DNA from: the human T2T-CHM13v2.0 reference genome, Homo sapiens
DNA: 64,000 bases
Reading direction: 5' to 3' (one strand)
NCBI RefSeq assembly: GCF_009914755.1
Contig: NC_060925.1
In this document: one piece after another, positions 63,339 through 64,000 of the stretch
How the letters are laid out: every line of letters begins with the position of its first letter
Position numbering within the stretch: position 1 is the first letter of the stretch
Translations under genes and position numbers: made by a program
Notes under the pieces: generated by a model
Told to the model about the DNA's origin: nothing
The model's input: the letters and a program-made list of their open reading frames with translations, nothing else
Databases searched by the model: none

Positions 63339-64000
63339 GAAATGCTCACTTTGACTATGGCTTATGAGGCTACAAATGTGGATTGGGAACGTGCAGTGGC
63401 ACCTTTGAGGTGTGCAGAAAGTTCAGGAGGTTTTCTTAGTTTTTCAAGATGTGGGAACTGAGCTTCACTACTTTATAATTTTGATTCAGGCAACGGATAA
63501 TTTTGGTAGTTGACGGATCTAAAAGGAGCCAAGGGTTGAGCCCTAGAGTGGAAAAGCTGTAAGTGTAGAGAATTGGACGTTGCAAAAGAGAATGCAGTCA
63601 GACCTCTGGGCAGAAGGGGTCTTAAAACAGTTCTCTTCTCAACAGAAAAAGTGCCAGGACTTTGCCCTCGTTGAAATAAGGGAAATCACTAGGCTAATCA
63701 ATGCTACTCTATATTTGACCAGAACGGCACTCCCCGTGGGGAAACCAGAAGCGGGCCTGGACCTGGGCACCTCGAACAAGGGGGCTTCCCCAGTCCAGGC
63801 CACAACTCCGTTTCAGGGGGGTTTCTGGAGGTGCTTTGACTCCCCCTCCTCACGCAGTAGGAAGCACAGGATTAGATCTCCCAAACGAACGGGTTTAGGG
63901 GAAAGCAACCGGCCTTGGGGGGGAAAGCAACCTGACGCACACTGGCGTTTGGGGACCTTTGCCAACAGGATAGGTGGGATTAATTTTAGGCAAAAGTCAT
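63339..64000 (+). pseudogene. Decayed betaretroviral gag C-terminus and start of pro (dUTPase domain), running off the window
   Basis: Hand translation: EMLTLTMAYEATNVDWERAVAPLR from 63339 (capsid C-terminal-like); PGLCPR*NKGNH*ANQCYSIFDQNGTP from 63654 (second zinc knuckle); GSTGLDL from 63860 and TGVWGPLPTG*VGLILGKS from 63941 (dUTPase motifs). Confidence 0.8.

Overview
Primate (almost certainly human) genomic DNA, not prokaryotic. The one intact gene is a single-coding-exon olfactory receptor whose translation I recognise as OR2T1, which places the window in the subtelomeric 1q44 OR2T cluster. The dominant feature starts about 930 bp after the OR stop codon: a 20.1-kb array of exactly 379 x 53-bp units (19680-39777) that expanded inside a MER21-type LTR. 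Internal units carry CpG at three positions where the terminal units carry TpG, so the array meets CpG-island criteria over 20 kb. One of these T/C differences places the ZFP57 hexamer TGCCGC, overlapping a CTCF-like/E-box core, in about 370 units. Rare variants show a ~4.3-kb (81-82 unit) internal duplication. The rest is a transposon mosaic: a 5'-inverted L1PA nested in an older L1, a solo poly(A) insertion, Alus, a two-LTR MST MaLR, a MER4-group provirus with nested LTRs, two smaller minisatellites and the 5' part of an HML-6 (LTR3) provirus. Repeat subfamily names are from memory of consensus sequences and need RepeatMasker/Dfam confirmation. Functional readings of the array are hypotheses only.
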